Positions 19,611-26,627 of a stretch of 64,000 bases of DNA are shown here, piece after piece. Every line of letters begins with the position of its first letter. Within the stretch, counting starts at the first letter, position 1. The position numbers were made by a program, and so were the translations under genes. Source of the stretch: Huintestinicola sp. (GTDB taxonomy: Bacteria > Bacillota > Clostridia > Oscillospirales > Ruminococcaceae); NCBI RefSeq assembly GCF_050874005.1, contig NZ_JBNMJV010000011.1:2052-66051 (forward strand), read 5' to 3'. The notes beneath the pieces were generated by a model. The model made no database searches and was not told the DNA's origin. It saw only the letters and a program-made list of their open reading frames with translations.

Positions 19611-19723
19611 CTACTCGCTAACAGGTTTAAGCAAAACCAAATTTCGTTAATCAAAATAATCAGACCGACATATTCCAATTTGACTCTCACTTTAAAATTA
19701 TCATAATCAAAAGGAAAATATAT

Positions 19724-19760
19724 AAAAAGGCGGTGCCGATAAAATCGGCACCGCCCAAAA
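19724..19760 (-). terminator. rplL terminator
   Basis: GGCGGTGCCGAT / ATCGGCACCGCC stem with a T-run on the minus strand. Confidence 0.8.
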
Positions 19761-19783
19761 GCGTTATATGTTCAAAACTCAGA

Positions 19784-20158
19784 TTACTTGAGCTCAACAG
19801 TAGCGCCTGCAGCTTCGAGCTTAGCCTTGAGCTCTTCAGCCTCAGCCTTGGGAGCAGCTTCCTTGAGGGTCTTGGGAGCAGCCTCAACAGCCTCCTTAGC
19901 CTCCTTGAGGGAGAGACCGCAAGCGTCCTTAACAGCCTTGATAACGTCCATCTTCTTGTCGCCGAAGGAAGCGAGAACAACGTCGAACTCAGTCTTCTCA
20001 ACAGCTCCATTATCGCCACCGTTATTAGCGGGACCTGCAGCAGCAACAACAGCGGTTACACCGTACTTTTCCTGGATAGCTTCAACGAGCTCAGCGAGCT
20101 CAAGAACAGAAAGAACATCGATCTGGTCTAAAATTGCAGTGATCTTTTCAGATGCCAT
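19784..20158 (-). CDS. rplL: 50S ribosomal protein L7/L12
   Basis: [52 protein letters not shown]. Confidence 0.98.
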   Translation of the reverse strand: MASEKITAILDQIDVLSVLELAELVEAIQEKYGVTAVVAAAGPANNGGDNGAVEKTEFDVVLASFGDKKMDVIKAVKDACGLSLKEAKEAVEAAPKTLKEAAPKAEAEELKAKLEAAGATVELK

Positions 20159-20235
20159 GATAATAATCTCCTTTAAATTTTATTTTGTTTTAAGAAACAT
20201 TTTTGTTTCACGCCACAAAGCAATATAAATTATGC

Positions 20236-20745
20236 TTATGCAGCTTCCTCTGCCTTCTTGTCGGCGAGAGACTTGAGTGTAGCTGCGAGCTTCTGCATAG
20301 GACCCTGGAGAGAGCCAACGAGCTGAGCAAGCAGAACATCCTTGGAAGGGATCTTGGAAAGAGCCTCAACGCCCTTAGCGTCATAAACAGTACCCTCAAC
20401 AAATCCGCCCTTGAGGTTGAACTTGTCGTCGTGAGCCTCAGCAAACTTGCCGAGAATTCTTGCGGGAGCAGTCTGATCGTTCTCGCATACAGCGATAGCG
20501 GTAGTACCCTCGAGTACGCCGCAGAGATCTTCGAGACCGTTCTCCTTGAGAGCGATGCGGAGCATAGTGTTCTTCTCAACGAAGTACTTAACGCCTGCCT
20601 CTCTCAGCTCTTTTCTGAGCTTGGTATCCTCCTCAACGGTGATACCCTTGTAGTCAACGAGAACGCCCGAGCAGGAGTTCTTTACAAGCTCTGTAAGCTC
20701 GGCAGCTCTTGCCTTCTTGGATTCAAGAATCTTTGCGCTTGGCAT
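20236..20745 (-). CDS. rplJ: 50S ribosomal protein L10
   Basis: VDYKGITV...LRKELRE, VEKNTM, LSKIPSKDVLLAQL. Confidence 0.98.
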   Translation of the reverse strand: MPSAKILESKKARAAELTELVKNSCSGVLVDYKGITVEEDTKLRKELREAGVKYFVEKNTMLRIALKENGLEDLCGVLEGTTAIAVCENDQTAPARILGKFAEAHDDKFNLKGGFVEGTVYDAKGVEALSKIPSKDVLLAQLVGSLQGPMQKLAATLKSLADKKAEEAA

Positions 20746-20789
20746 AAAATTTCACCTCCGAAAAAGTTGAAAATTATGCTACCCATTCA

Positions 20790-20920
20790 TAAAAAAGAAA
20801 AATCCTTTCCCTGCAGTACAGGAAAGGAGCGTACAAACATAATAGTACAGCGATCTCTTTCCTCGGCAGGATTTACGGAAGTCATAGTTGCAGCCTGACT
20901 GCCACCTGCTGTCTTTAGAA
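20790..20920 (-). ncRNA. Ribosomal protein L10 leader (cis-regulatory) with attenuator terminator
   Basis: Minus strand CTAAAGACAGCAGGTG...TAAATCCTGCCGAGG matches the L10-leader core, followed by a TCCTTTCCTG/CAGGGAAAGGA + T-run terminator. Confidence 0.85.
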
Positions 20921-20957
20921 TATGATAGCTTTGTTATTTATTCAAACAACATCTAAT

Positions 20958-20986
20958 ACTATATCACATTATTTTCCCTTTGTCAA
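20958..20986 (-). promoter_or_regulatory. Sigma-A promoter of rplJL
   Basis: Minus strand TTGACA-17-TATAGT with TG extension. Confidence 0.75.
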
Positions 20987-21073
20987 GGGGTTTTTGAAAA
21001 TTTCTCAAATTTTTTCGGATAATATAAATGTGTATGCCCTGTCCTGCAGAATGTAAACATTTCGTTAACCCTA

Positions 21074-21111
21074 TTGCATTTCCAATATCTATATGGTATA
21101 CTCTAAGTATA
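21074..21111 (+). promoter_or_regulatory. Promoter of tetR-methyltransferase with a putative operator over the -10
   Basis: TTGCAT-17-TATACT; inverted repeat TATACT-CTA-AGTATA at 21097-21111. Confidence 0.55.
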
Positions 21112-21133
21112 CTAAATATAACAGGAGTATACT

Positions 21134-21763
21134 ATGAGCAGAGAAAATAAAAATGAAGCAGTTGCGGCAGTTCACAGGAAAAAAATTCTCGAAAGTGCAG
21201 GCAGGCTGTTTTCGGAAAAAGGCTTTGAAGCGGCGACTATCGAGGATATCTCCATAGCTTCGGGATACAGCAGACGGACTGTCTATGCCTATTTCCGAAG
21301 CAAGGAGGACATTCTCCACAGCTTTATTTGCGAGGGGCTTTCGGAGCTGAGCGGAGCGGTGAGGGATATCGTTTCCCGTGAAACGGACTTTGAAAAGCGG
21401 TGCAGGGAAATCTTTGATGCAATGGGTGAGTTTTATAGGAATTATCCTTTGGCGGCTGAGATAATAAACGGCTTCAAGCCGTCGGAAATGTCCGAGCCGT
21501 CCGAAGCGGCAAAGAGGATATTTGCTCTGGGCGAAGAGATAAACGACACTCTCGTCGGATTTGTAAGCGGCGGAATAGCGTCGGGAAACGTCCGCAAGGG
21601 CATCGTTCCCGAGCTGACGGTCTATATCCTCTGGTCGGAAATTTCTGCCTTTTACGGTCTTGTGCAGAGCAAAGGCGAATTTATCCGCAAGCGGTTTTCT
21701 TTTTCGGAAACAGAGCTTTGCGAATATGGATTTAAGCAGATATTCGGTTCAATTTTTAAGTGA
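21134..21763 (+). CDS. TetR/AcrR family transcriptional regulator
   Basis: ILESAGRLFSEKGFEAATIEDISIASGYSRRTVYAYFRSKEDI HTH. Confidence 0.92.
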   Translation: MSRENKNEAVAAVHRKKILESAGRLFSEKGFEAATIEDISIASGYSRRTVYAYFRSKEDILHSFICEGLSELSGAVRDIVSRETDFEKRCREIFDAMGEFYRNYPLAAEIINGFKPSEMSEPSEAAKRIFALGEEINDTLVGFVSGGIASGNVRKGIVPELTVYILWSEISAFYGLVQSKGEFIRKRFSFSETELCEYGFKQIFGSIFK

Positions 21764-21774
21764 GGAGAAACTTA

Positions 21775-22677
21775 ATGGATAACAGATCAAGTATGACAGC
21801 GCTTATGTCGGCATTTGCAAGGGCATATCATTTCAAAACGGAAAAGCAGCCTGTTTTTGCAGACAGCGCCGCAGAAAAGCTTATGACAATGGAGGAATAT
21901 GAGGGCATAGGGAAATATATCCTTAGCGGAATTGACTTTTTCGCTCCCGAGCAGAAAGGAAAGCTGCCCGACAGCGAGGCTCTCGGATATATCGTTAACA
22001 CACAGCTTGCGCCCACGCCTCTTGCGAGAGCGGCATTCTGCGAGGAAAGCCTTAAAACTGCAGCAATGACGGGAACGGAGCAGTATGTGATCATCGGCGC
22101 AGGGTATGATACCTTTGCTCTCAGGGAAAAAGCCTTTGTTTCCAAGCACCCCGTTTTTGAGGCAGACCACCCTCTGACGCAGGCTGACAAGCTTGAAAGA
22201 ATAAAACGTTTCGGACTTGCTTATAATGATAACGTAAAATCCGTTCCCGTTGACCTTGCCACGGAGGATATGTCCGAAAAAATTTTGGCGGCAGGCTTTG
22301 ACAGGACGAAAAAAGCATTCTTCTCCTGGCTCGGCGTAAGCTATTATCTGTCCGAAGAGGAGATAAGCAGGACACTCGGTGACATTGCAGGGCTTTGCTC
22401 CGAGGGCAGCTCACTTGTGTTTGACTTCGGAGACGAAGGGCTTTTTGACAGCACCGACAGGCGTGTAAAAAATATGCTGGCTATGGCAATGGCGGCAGGA
22501 GAGCCGATGAAAAGCTCGTTTGATAAGACTTCTCTTGCACGGCTGCTTGAAAAGCACGGATTTCTTATATATGAGCTGCTCGGTCCGAAGGACATAGAAG
22601 AGCGGTATTTCGGCGGTCAGAGAGAAGCGAAGCCCTTCCCGGATATAAATATGGTACTTGCGGTGTATAAGGGATAA
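21775..22677 (+). CDS. Class I SAM-dependent methyltransferase (LCM/O-methyltransferase type)
   Basis: SAFARAYH, QYVIIGAGYDTF, FEADHP.TQ..K, FFSWLGVSYYL. ATG at 21775 follows a GAGGAG RBS. Confidence 0.88.
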   Translation: MDNRSSMTALMSAFARAYHFKTEKQPVFADSAAEKLMTMEEYEGIGKYILSGIDFFAPEQKGKLPDSEALGYIVNTQLAPTPLARAAFCEESLKTAAMTGTEQYVIIGAGYDTFALREKAFVSKHPVFEADHPLTQADKLERIKRFGLAYNDNVKSVPVDLATEDMSEKILAAGFDRTKKAFFSWLGVSYYLSEEEISRTLGDIAGLCSEGSSLVFDFGDEGLFDSTDRRVKNMLAMAMAAGEPMKSSFDKTSLARLLEKHGFLIYELLGPKDIEERYFGGQREAKPFPDINMVLAVYKG

Positions 22678-22801
22678 CGCTGAAAGTCAAAATGTTACAG
22701 CTGTAACCGAATTGTGATTATTTTCCTGCCTTTTTTTCGGATTTTGTGAAAATCGTGCAAGATGTCGAGTAAATAACGAAAAAAATTTGTTATAATAATG
22801 G

Positions 22802-22830
22802 TTGTAGTGCATTTTGAATTGTGCTATAAT
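22802..22830 (+). promoter_or_regulatory. Sigma-A promoter of the small surface-protein gene
   Basis: TTGTAG-17-TATAAT with TGTG extension. Confidence 0.5.
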
Positions 22831-22876
22831 AAAACTATGCTAAAAGCACCAATACTAATGTTTGGAGGAAAAAATT

Positions 22877-23167
22877 ATGAAGAAGTTTCTTGCTGCTCTT
22901 GCAGCTTCTGCAATGGCACTTTCTATGATGGGCGTTTCCGCTATGGCTACCGGCCTTGACGGCGAAGGCGACGTTATCGACGACGAGACTGTAGAGGACG
23001 TTGTTGAGGAAACAGAAGTTGAGGAGACTGAGCCTGAGGTTGTTGAGACTGAGGCTGCTCCCGTTGAGACTGCTCCCTCTCCTGCAACAGGCAACTCTCC
23101 TGTAGCTATGGCTGTAATTCCCGTAGCTCTCGCTGCAGCTGCGATCGTTGCTAAGAAGGCTAAGTAA
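22877..23167 (+). CDS. Small acidic cell-wall-anchored protein (NPXTG-like sorting signal)
   Basis: GGAGG RBS; signal peptide MKKFLAALAAS...AMA; C-terminal SPATGN, hydrophobic segment and KKAK tail. Confidence 0.8.
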   Translation: MKKFLAALAASAMALSMMGVSAMATGLDGEGDVIDDETVEDVVEETEVEETEPEVVETEAAPVETAPSPATGNSPVAMAVIPVALAAAAIVAKKAK

Positions 23168-23190
23168 TCTGCCTTAAAAATGCAGTAACC

Positions 23191-23230
23191 AAGATCCGCT
23201 TTCACTTTACGGAAGGCGGATCTTTCTTTT
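23191..23230 (+). terminator. Intrinsic terminator
   Basis: AAGATCCGCTTTC / GAAGGCGGATCTT followed by a T-rich tail. Confidence 0.75.
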
Positions 23231-23300
23231 ATCTAATAACCATTTAAAAGCACCATAGACCCACTCTCTGCCGATAATGCTCTTATTCTGATCTTTAGTA

Positions 23301-23759
23301 TTAGTCCCTCCGATTCTTTTTAAAACAGCTTTTTTGAAGATACCATTCCGTAAAGCCGGAACCTCCCGTATCAATATCCTTTAATGCTTCCTTTTCCAAA
23401 GCACGCCGCTGCGAAAAGCTGTCATGATAATACTCTATCATTTCCGCTATTTTTTTGCCCGAAATAAATAAAGGCAGCGGACTGAAAATGTCCGAATATT
23501 TCCCTGCAGCTTCCGTACAGCTTACCGAAAAGCAGCCCAGAGGCGTAAGCAGTGCAAAGGAATATTCATCGCAGTGGCTGCCCATTCTTGTTATTGCAGA
23601 CGACATATAACGAGTTACTGTAAGACAGACATTTTTTTCTTCATCATATACCGCCGTAAGCAGATTTAAATTCTGATAGGAGTAATAATCGCCCGCCGAA
23701 GGTCTTGCCATATTGATTATCGCTTTACGCTGTTTGTCGTTTAGCAGAATTACTTTCAT
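23301..23759 (-). CDS. Hypothetical protein
   Basis: 152-aa ORF with AAGGGAG RBS and its own consensus promoter; no recognisable motif. Confidence 0.65.
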   Translation of the reverse strand: MKVILLNDKQRKAIINMARPSAGDYYSYQNLNLLTAVYDEEKNVCLTVTRYMSSAITRMGSHCDEYSFALLTPLGCFSVSCTEAAGKYSDIFSPLPLFISGKKIAEMIEYYHDSFSQRRALEKEALKDIDTGGSGFTEWYLQKSCFKKNRRD

Positions 23760-23863
23760 ATTGCTCTCCCTTTATCGGTTGATAATATCAATTATTTTAT
23801 CTGTTATGTGAGTTCTTATCCTTAATGCAGATCTCACGCCAAAGCTAACGAGTGTTTCCCAAT

Positions 23864-23892
23864 ATTATACCACAGCCGTTCCCGATTGTCAA
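23864..23892 (-). promoter_or_regulatory. Sigma-A promoter of ORF 23301-23759
   Basis: Minus strand TTGACA-17-TATAAT with TG extension. Confidence 0.7.
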
Positions 23893-24171
23893 GCATATAA
23901 TACTAAACATTTATTACTCACGAGGGACTCCCGGCATAAAAATCCATATATGCAAGATTTTCACGCCGATTTTTCTCCGCAAGTTAAATGGTGTTTAGTA
24001 TAAAATTATCACATCTATAAAAATTGCACAATGAAAACGATTAAAGTTTAGCACTTTGAATATAGATTTTTTGGGGAAAATATTGTATAATATGGTCATA
24101 AGTATATTTGCGGCTATACCGCAGTTTACTGTCAAAAAACACATTTCAAGAATAATTTGGAGGAGATCAAA

Positions 24172-24891
24172 ATGAAACTCAGAAGAATCGCAGCCGTTGC
24201 TGCAGCTTCGGCAATGGCACTCTCCGCAGTGGCAGCTTCCGCTTCCGCTTACGAGTATACCGCATTCCTTATGTTCACCGATATGGACTGGCTCTGGGGT
24301 AACTGGGACGCAGGCAAGGCAACCGATGCAACTATCACAGGACCCGGTACATATACCGTTTCCCTTGACAACACTCAGGCTGAGAACGCAATGTCCGCTA
24401 CTAACGGCGCAAACGTATTCTGCGTTGATATCGTAGGCGGCTATGCAGACCTTGCTGACTATGAGGTGACTCTTGACAGCGTTAAGGCTGACGGCGTTGA
24501 AGTTCCTTTCGATCCCGAGAAGATCTGCTACGGCGATATCGAGGAGAAGGGCAACTACAGAATTGAGATCCAGAACGCATATGGTCTCACAGGCGATATG
24601 AACGATCCTCACTACGGTGCGATCGATGCTGCTTCCTTCTCTGCTGCTGAGAAGATCGAGGTAACATTTACAATTTCCGATCCCAACGGCGCTGCTGAAG
24701 AGGCTGCTCCCGAGGAGGCTGCTGAGGAGACCGAGGCTGCTGCTGAGGAAACTGTTGAGACAACAGAGGCTCCCGCTGCAGATACCACAACAACATCTAC
24801 AGCTACAGGCAACACTTCCGCTGCTGCTCTTGCAGGCGTAATGGTTACCGCTGCAGCTGCTGCTCTTATCGCTAAGAAGCGTTCTAAGTAA
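24172..24891 (+). CDS. Cell-wall-anchored protein with a putative carbohydrate-binding beta-sandwich and an NPXTG-like sorting signal
   Basis: GGAG RBS; signal peptide MKLRRIAAVAAAS...ASA; aromatic-rich domain (YTAFLMF..DWLWGNWD); A/E/T linker; STATGN, hydrophobic segment and KKRSK tail. Confidence 0.75.
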   Translation: MKLRRIAAVAAASAMALSAVAASASAYEYTAFLMFTDMDWLWGNWDAGKATDATITGPGTYTVSLDNTQAENAMSATNGANVFCVDIVGGYADLADYEVTLDSVKADGVEVPFDPEKICYGDIEEKGNYRIEIQNAYGLTGDMNDPHYGAIDAASFSAAEKIEVTFTISDPNGAAEEAAPEEAAEETEAAAEETVETTEAPAADTTTTSTATGNTSAAALAGVMVTAAAAALIAKKRSK

Positions 24892-24912
24892 GAGCTTTTT
24901 AAAGACTGTATT

Positions 24913-24950
24913 ATCCCCTGCCCGAAAAGCTTCCGGGCAGGGGATTTTCT
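24913..24950 (+). terminator. Intrinsic terminator
   Basis: ATCCCCTGCCCG / CGGGCAGGGGAT followed by TTT. Confidence 0.8.
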
Positions 24951-25020
24951 GCCAAACCATCGTGGTAATTATATACAAAATTGCCGCCCGATATTTTAAT
25001 TTTTCAAACGTTTACACGAC

Positions 25021-25049
25021 TTGACATTATTCGCAAGCTGTGTTATAAT
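25021..25049 (+). promoter_or_regulatory. Consensus sigma-A promoter with no adjacent gene
   Basis: TTGACA-17-TATAAT with TGTG extension. Confidence 0.65.
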
Positions 25050-25055
25050 CATAAT

Positions 25056-25144
25056 TGCAACAAACTAATTGATGCGGCCTTGAACTGCGTCATATATGTA
25101 ATAGATCTATGTAATGTTACGATCTGTATAATAACTTGTTTGCA
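25056..25144 (+). ncRNA. Candidate structured small RNA 1
   Basis: Starts at the predicted +1; closing stem TGCAACAA/TTGTTTGCA encloses hairpins GATGCGG/CTGCGTC and AGATC/GATCT. Inference only. Confidence 0.35.
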
Positions 25145-25216
25145 GTACATTTTGTATAAGGAAAATGCCAATAAATTGTGCAGTTCTCCAAAAATGTAAA
25201 AGTTGTTCTATAGATA

Positions 25217-25245
25217 TTGACTAAATCGGATTTATGCGCTATAAT
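25217..25245 (+). promoter_or_regulatory. Sigma-A promoter of candidate small RNA 2
   Basis: TTGACT-17-TATAAT. Confidence 0.6.
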
Positions 25246-25251
25246 ATATAT

Positions 25252-25373
25252 GATGTTAAGTTCTTATATTTCTATGTTAACATCCGTTTTGTTGTCTCCT
25301 TTCTTTTGTTCTACACATATTATTTTATGTGATCTCATCTGGCACAGCAGGGCTTAGTCCCTGCTATTTTTTT
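25252..25373 (+). ncRNA. Candidate trans-acting small RNA 2 with an anti-Shine-Dalgarno tract
   Basis: Promoter, 5' hairpin GATGTTAA/TTAACATC, unpaired GTTGTCTCCTTTCTTTT, hairpin CACATA/TATGTG, terminator AGCAGGG/CCCTGCT + T7; no sense ORF. Confidence 0.5.
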
Positions 25374-25476
25374 GCTAAATTTTTCTTATATTTTTGCCTA
25401 AATGCTTTAAGATTAACAAAAAATTGTTAACTATTTTATTCAATGTGCAGAATATACAAGCGGGCTTTTTTTGATA

Positions 25477-25505
25477 TTGATTTTTTAATGCAATTGTGAT
25501 ATAAT
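25477..25505 (+). promoter_or_regulatory. Sigma-A promoter of the mcrBC-like operon
   Basis: TTGATT-17-TATAAT with TG extension. Confidence 0.55.
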
Positions 25506-25537
25506 TATACTTAGTTATAAATCTCTGAAAGGTAAGG

Positions 25538-26554
25538 ATGAAAATGGGAAAAAACATAATCCTCTACGGACCTCCCGGCACAGGTAAAACCTACAATTCC
25601 GTCAATTATGCGTTGGCGATAATCTACAATATCCCTGTGGAATCGGTTATGAAGAAGGACTACAATTCAATGCTTGACCGCTACAATGAGCTGAAAAACA
25701 GCTTCGGTCAGATCGAATTTACTACATTCCACCAGTCGATGGGATACGAGGAATTTATTGAAGGTATCAAGCCCGTCTTCCTCGAGACGATGAACGAGCG
25801 AGGCGAGCGTACACGTAAAAAAGAAATGGTTTACGTTGTCGACAAGGGTATTTTCCGTGAGTTCTGCCAGAAGGCTGCGGAGCACCCCGACGAGCGCTTT
25901 GTTTTCATCATAGATGAGATCAACCGAGGCAATATCTCCAAGATCTTCGGTGAGCTTATCACCGTTATCGAGCCGTCCAAGCGCCTTGGCGAGCCTGAGG
26001 AGGTAAAGGTAAGACTGGCATATTCCCAGGAGCCTTTCGGTGTTCCCGGTAACGTTTATATCGTCGGCACAATGAACACCGCCGACCGTTCCATCGCCCT
26101 TCTCGATACGGCTATCAGACGTCGTTTCGACTTCGTTGAAATGCTCCCTCAGCCCGAGCTTTTCCACGATACATATGTTGAGGACGTAAGCATTGAAACC
26201 CTCCTTGCCACTATCAACAAGAGAATTGAAATTCTCTGCGACAGAGAGCATACCATCGGACACGCTTACTTTATGTCTCTGAAAACGGATCCCACCATCC
26301 AGCGTCTCGGCTCTATTTTCAAGAATGCGATAGTTCCCCTTCTCCAGGAGTATTTCTACGGCGATTATCAGAAGATACGCTGGGTACTGGGCGATTACAA
26401 CAAGGAGCCTGAGGAGCAGTTCGTCAAGGCTCTGGCAATCGATTACAAGAAGACCTTCGGCGAAAACGTGGAGCTTTTCCTTGATGTGGACGATACCTAC
26501 GAAATAAACGAGGCCGCTTTCTGGAACATCAATTCCTACAGAAAGCTGCTGTAA
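25538..26554 (+). CDS. mcrB: McrB-family AAA+ GTPase lacking the N-terminal DNA-binding domain
   Basis: GPPGTGKT, TTFHQSMGYEEFIEG, IDEINRGN, MNTADRS and IRRRF are all intact; Walker A is within the first 17 residues. Confidence 0.88.
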   Translation: MKMGKNIILYGPPGTGKTYNSVNYALAIIYNIPVESVMKKDYNSMLDRYNELKNSFGQIEFTTFHQSMGYEEFIEGIKPVFLETMNERGERTRKKEMVYVVDKGIFREFCQKAAEHPDERFVFIIDEINRGNISKIFGELITVIEPSKRLGEPEEVKVRLAYSQEPFGVPGNVYIVGTMNTADRSIALLDTAIRRRFDFVEMLPQPELFHDTYVEDVSIETLLATINKRIEILCDREHTIGHAYFMSLKTDPTIQRLGSIFKNAIVPLLQEYFYGDYQKIRWVLGDYNKEPEEQFVKALAIDYKKTFGENVELFLDVDDTYEINEAAFWNINSYRKLL

Positions 26555-26627
26555 TTTACTTTATAAATTCGGATAAGGGGCATATTATCGCCCCTTATTT
26601 TACAGACTGCACACAGGAGGGCGGCGT

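Noticed and set aside
19687-20579. Overlapping alternative ORFs across rplL and rplJ
   Set aside because: Alternative-frame and antisense shadows of highly biased ribosomal-protein genes.
22694-22707. Palindrome GTTACA-GC-TGTAAC as another WalR-like site
   Set aside because: The half-sites are inverted rather than direct, and it lies about 95 bp from the nearest promoter; too short to call.
23760-23860. Known riboswitch or ribozyme in the leader of ORF 23301-23759
   Set aside because: By eye it does not match the cores of the SAM, TPP, preQ1, c-di-GMP, ZTP, pistol, twister or hammerhead classes; a cmscan would be needed.
23995-24978. 327-aa minus-strand ORF
   Set aside because: Shadow of the 24172 surface-protein gene; Ser/Cys-rich composition typical of reversed Ala/Glu codons.
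24981-25199. 72-aa plus-strand ORF
   Set aside because: TTG start without an RBS; it runs through a consensus promoter and is AT-rich intergenic sequence.
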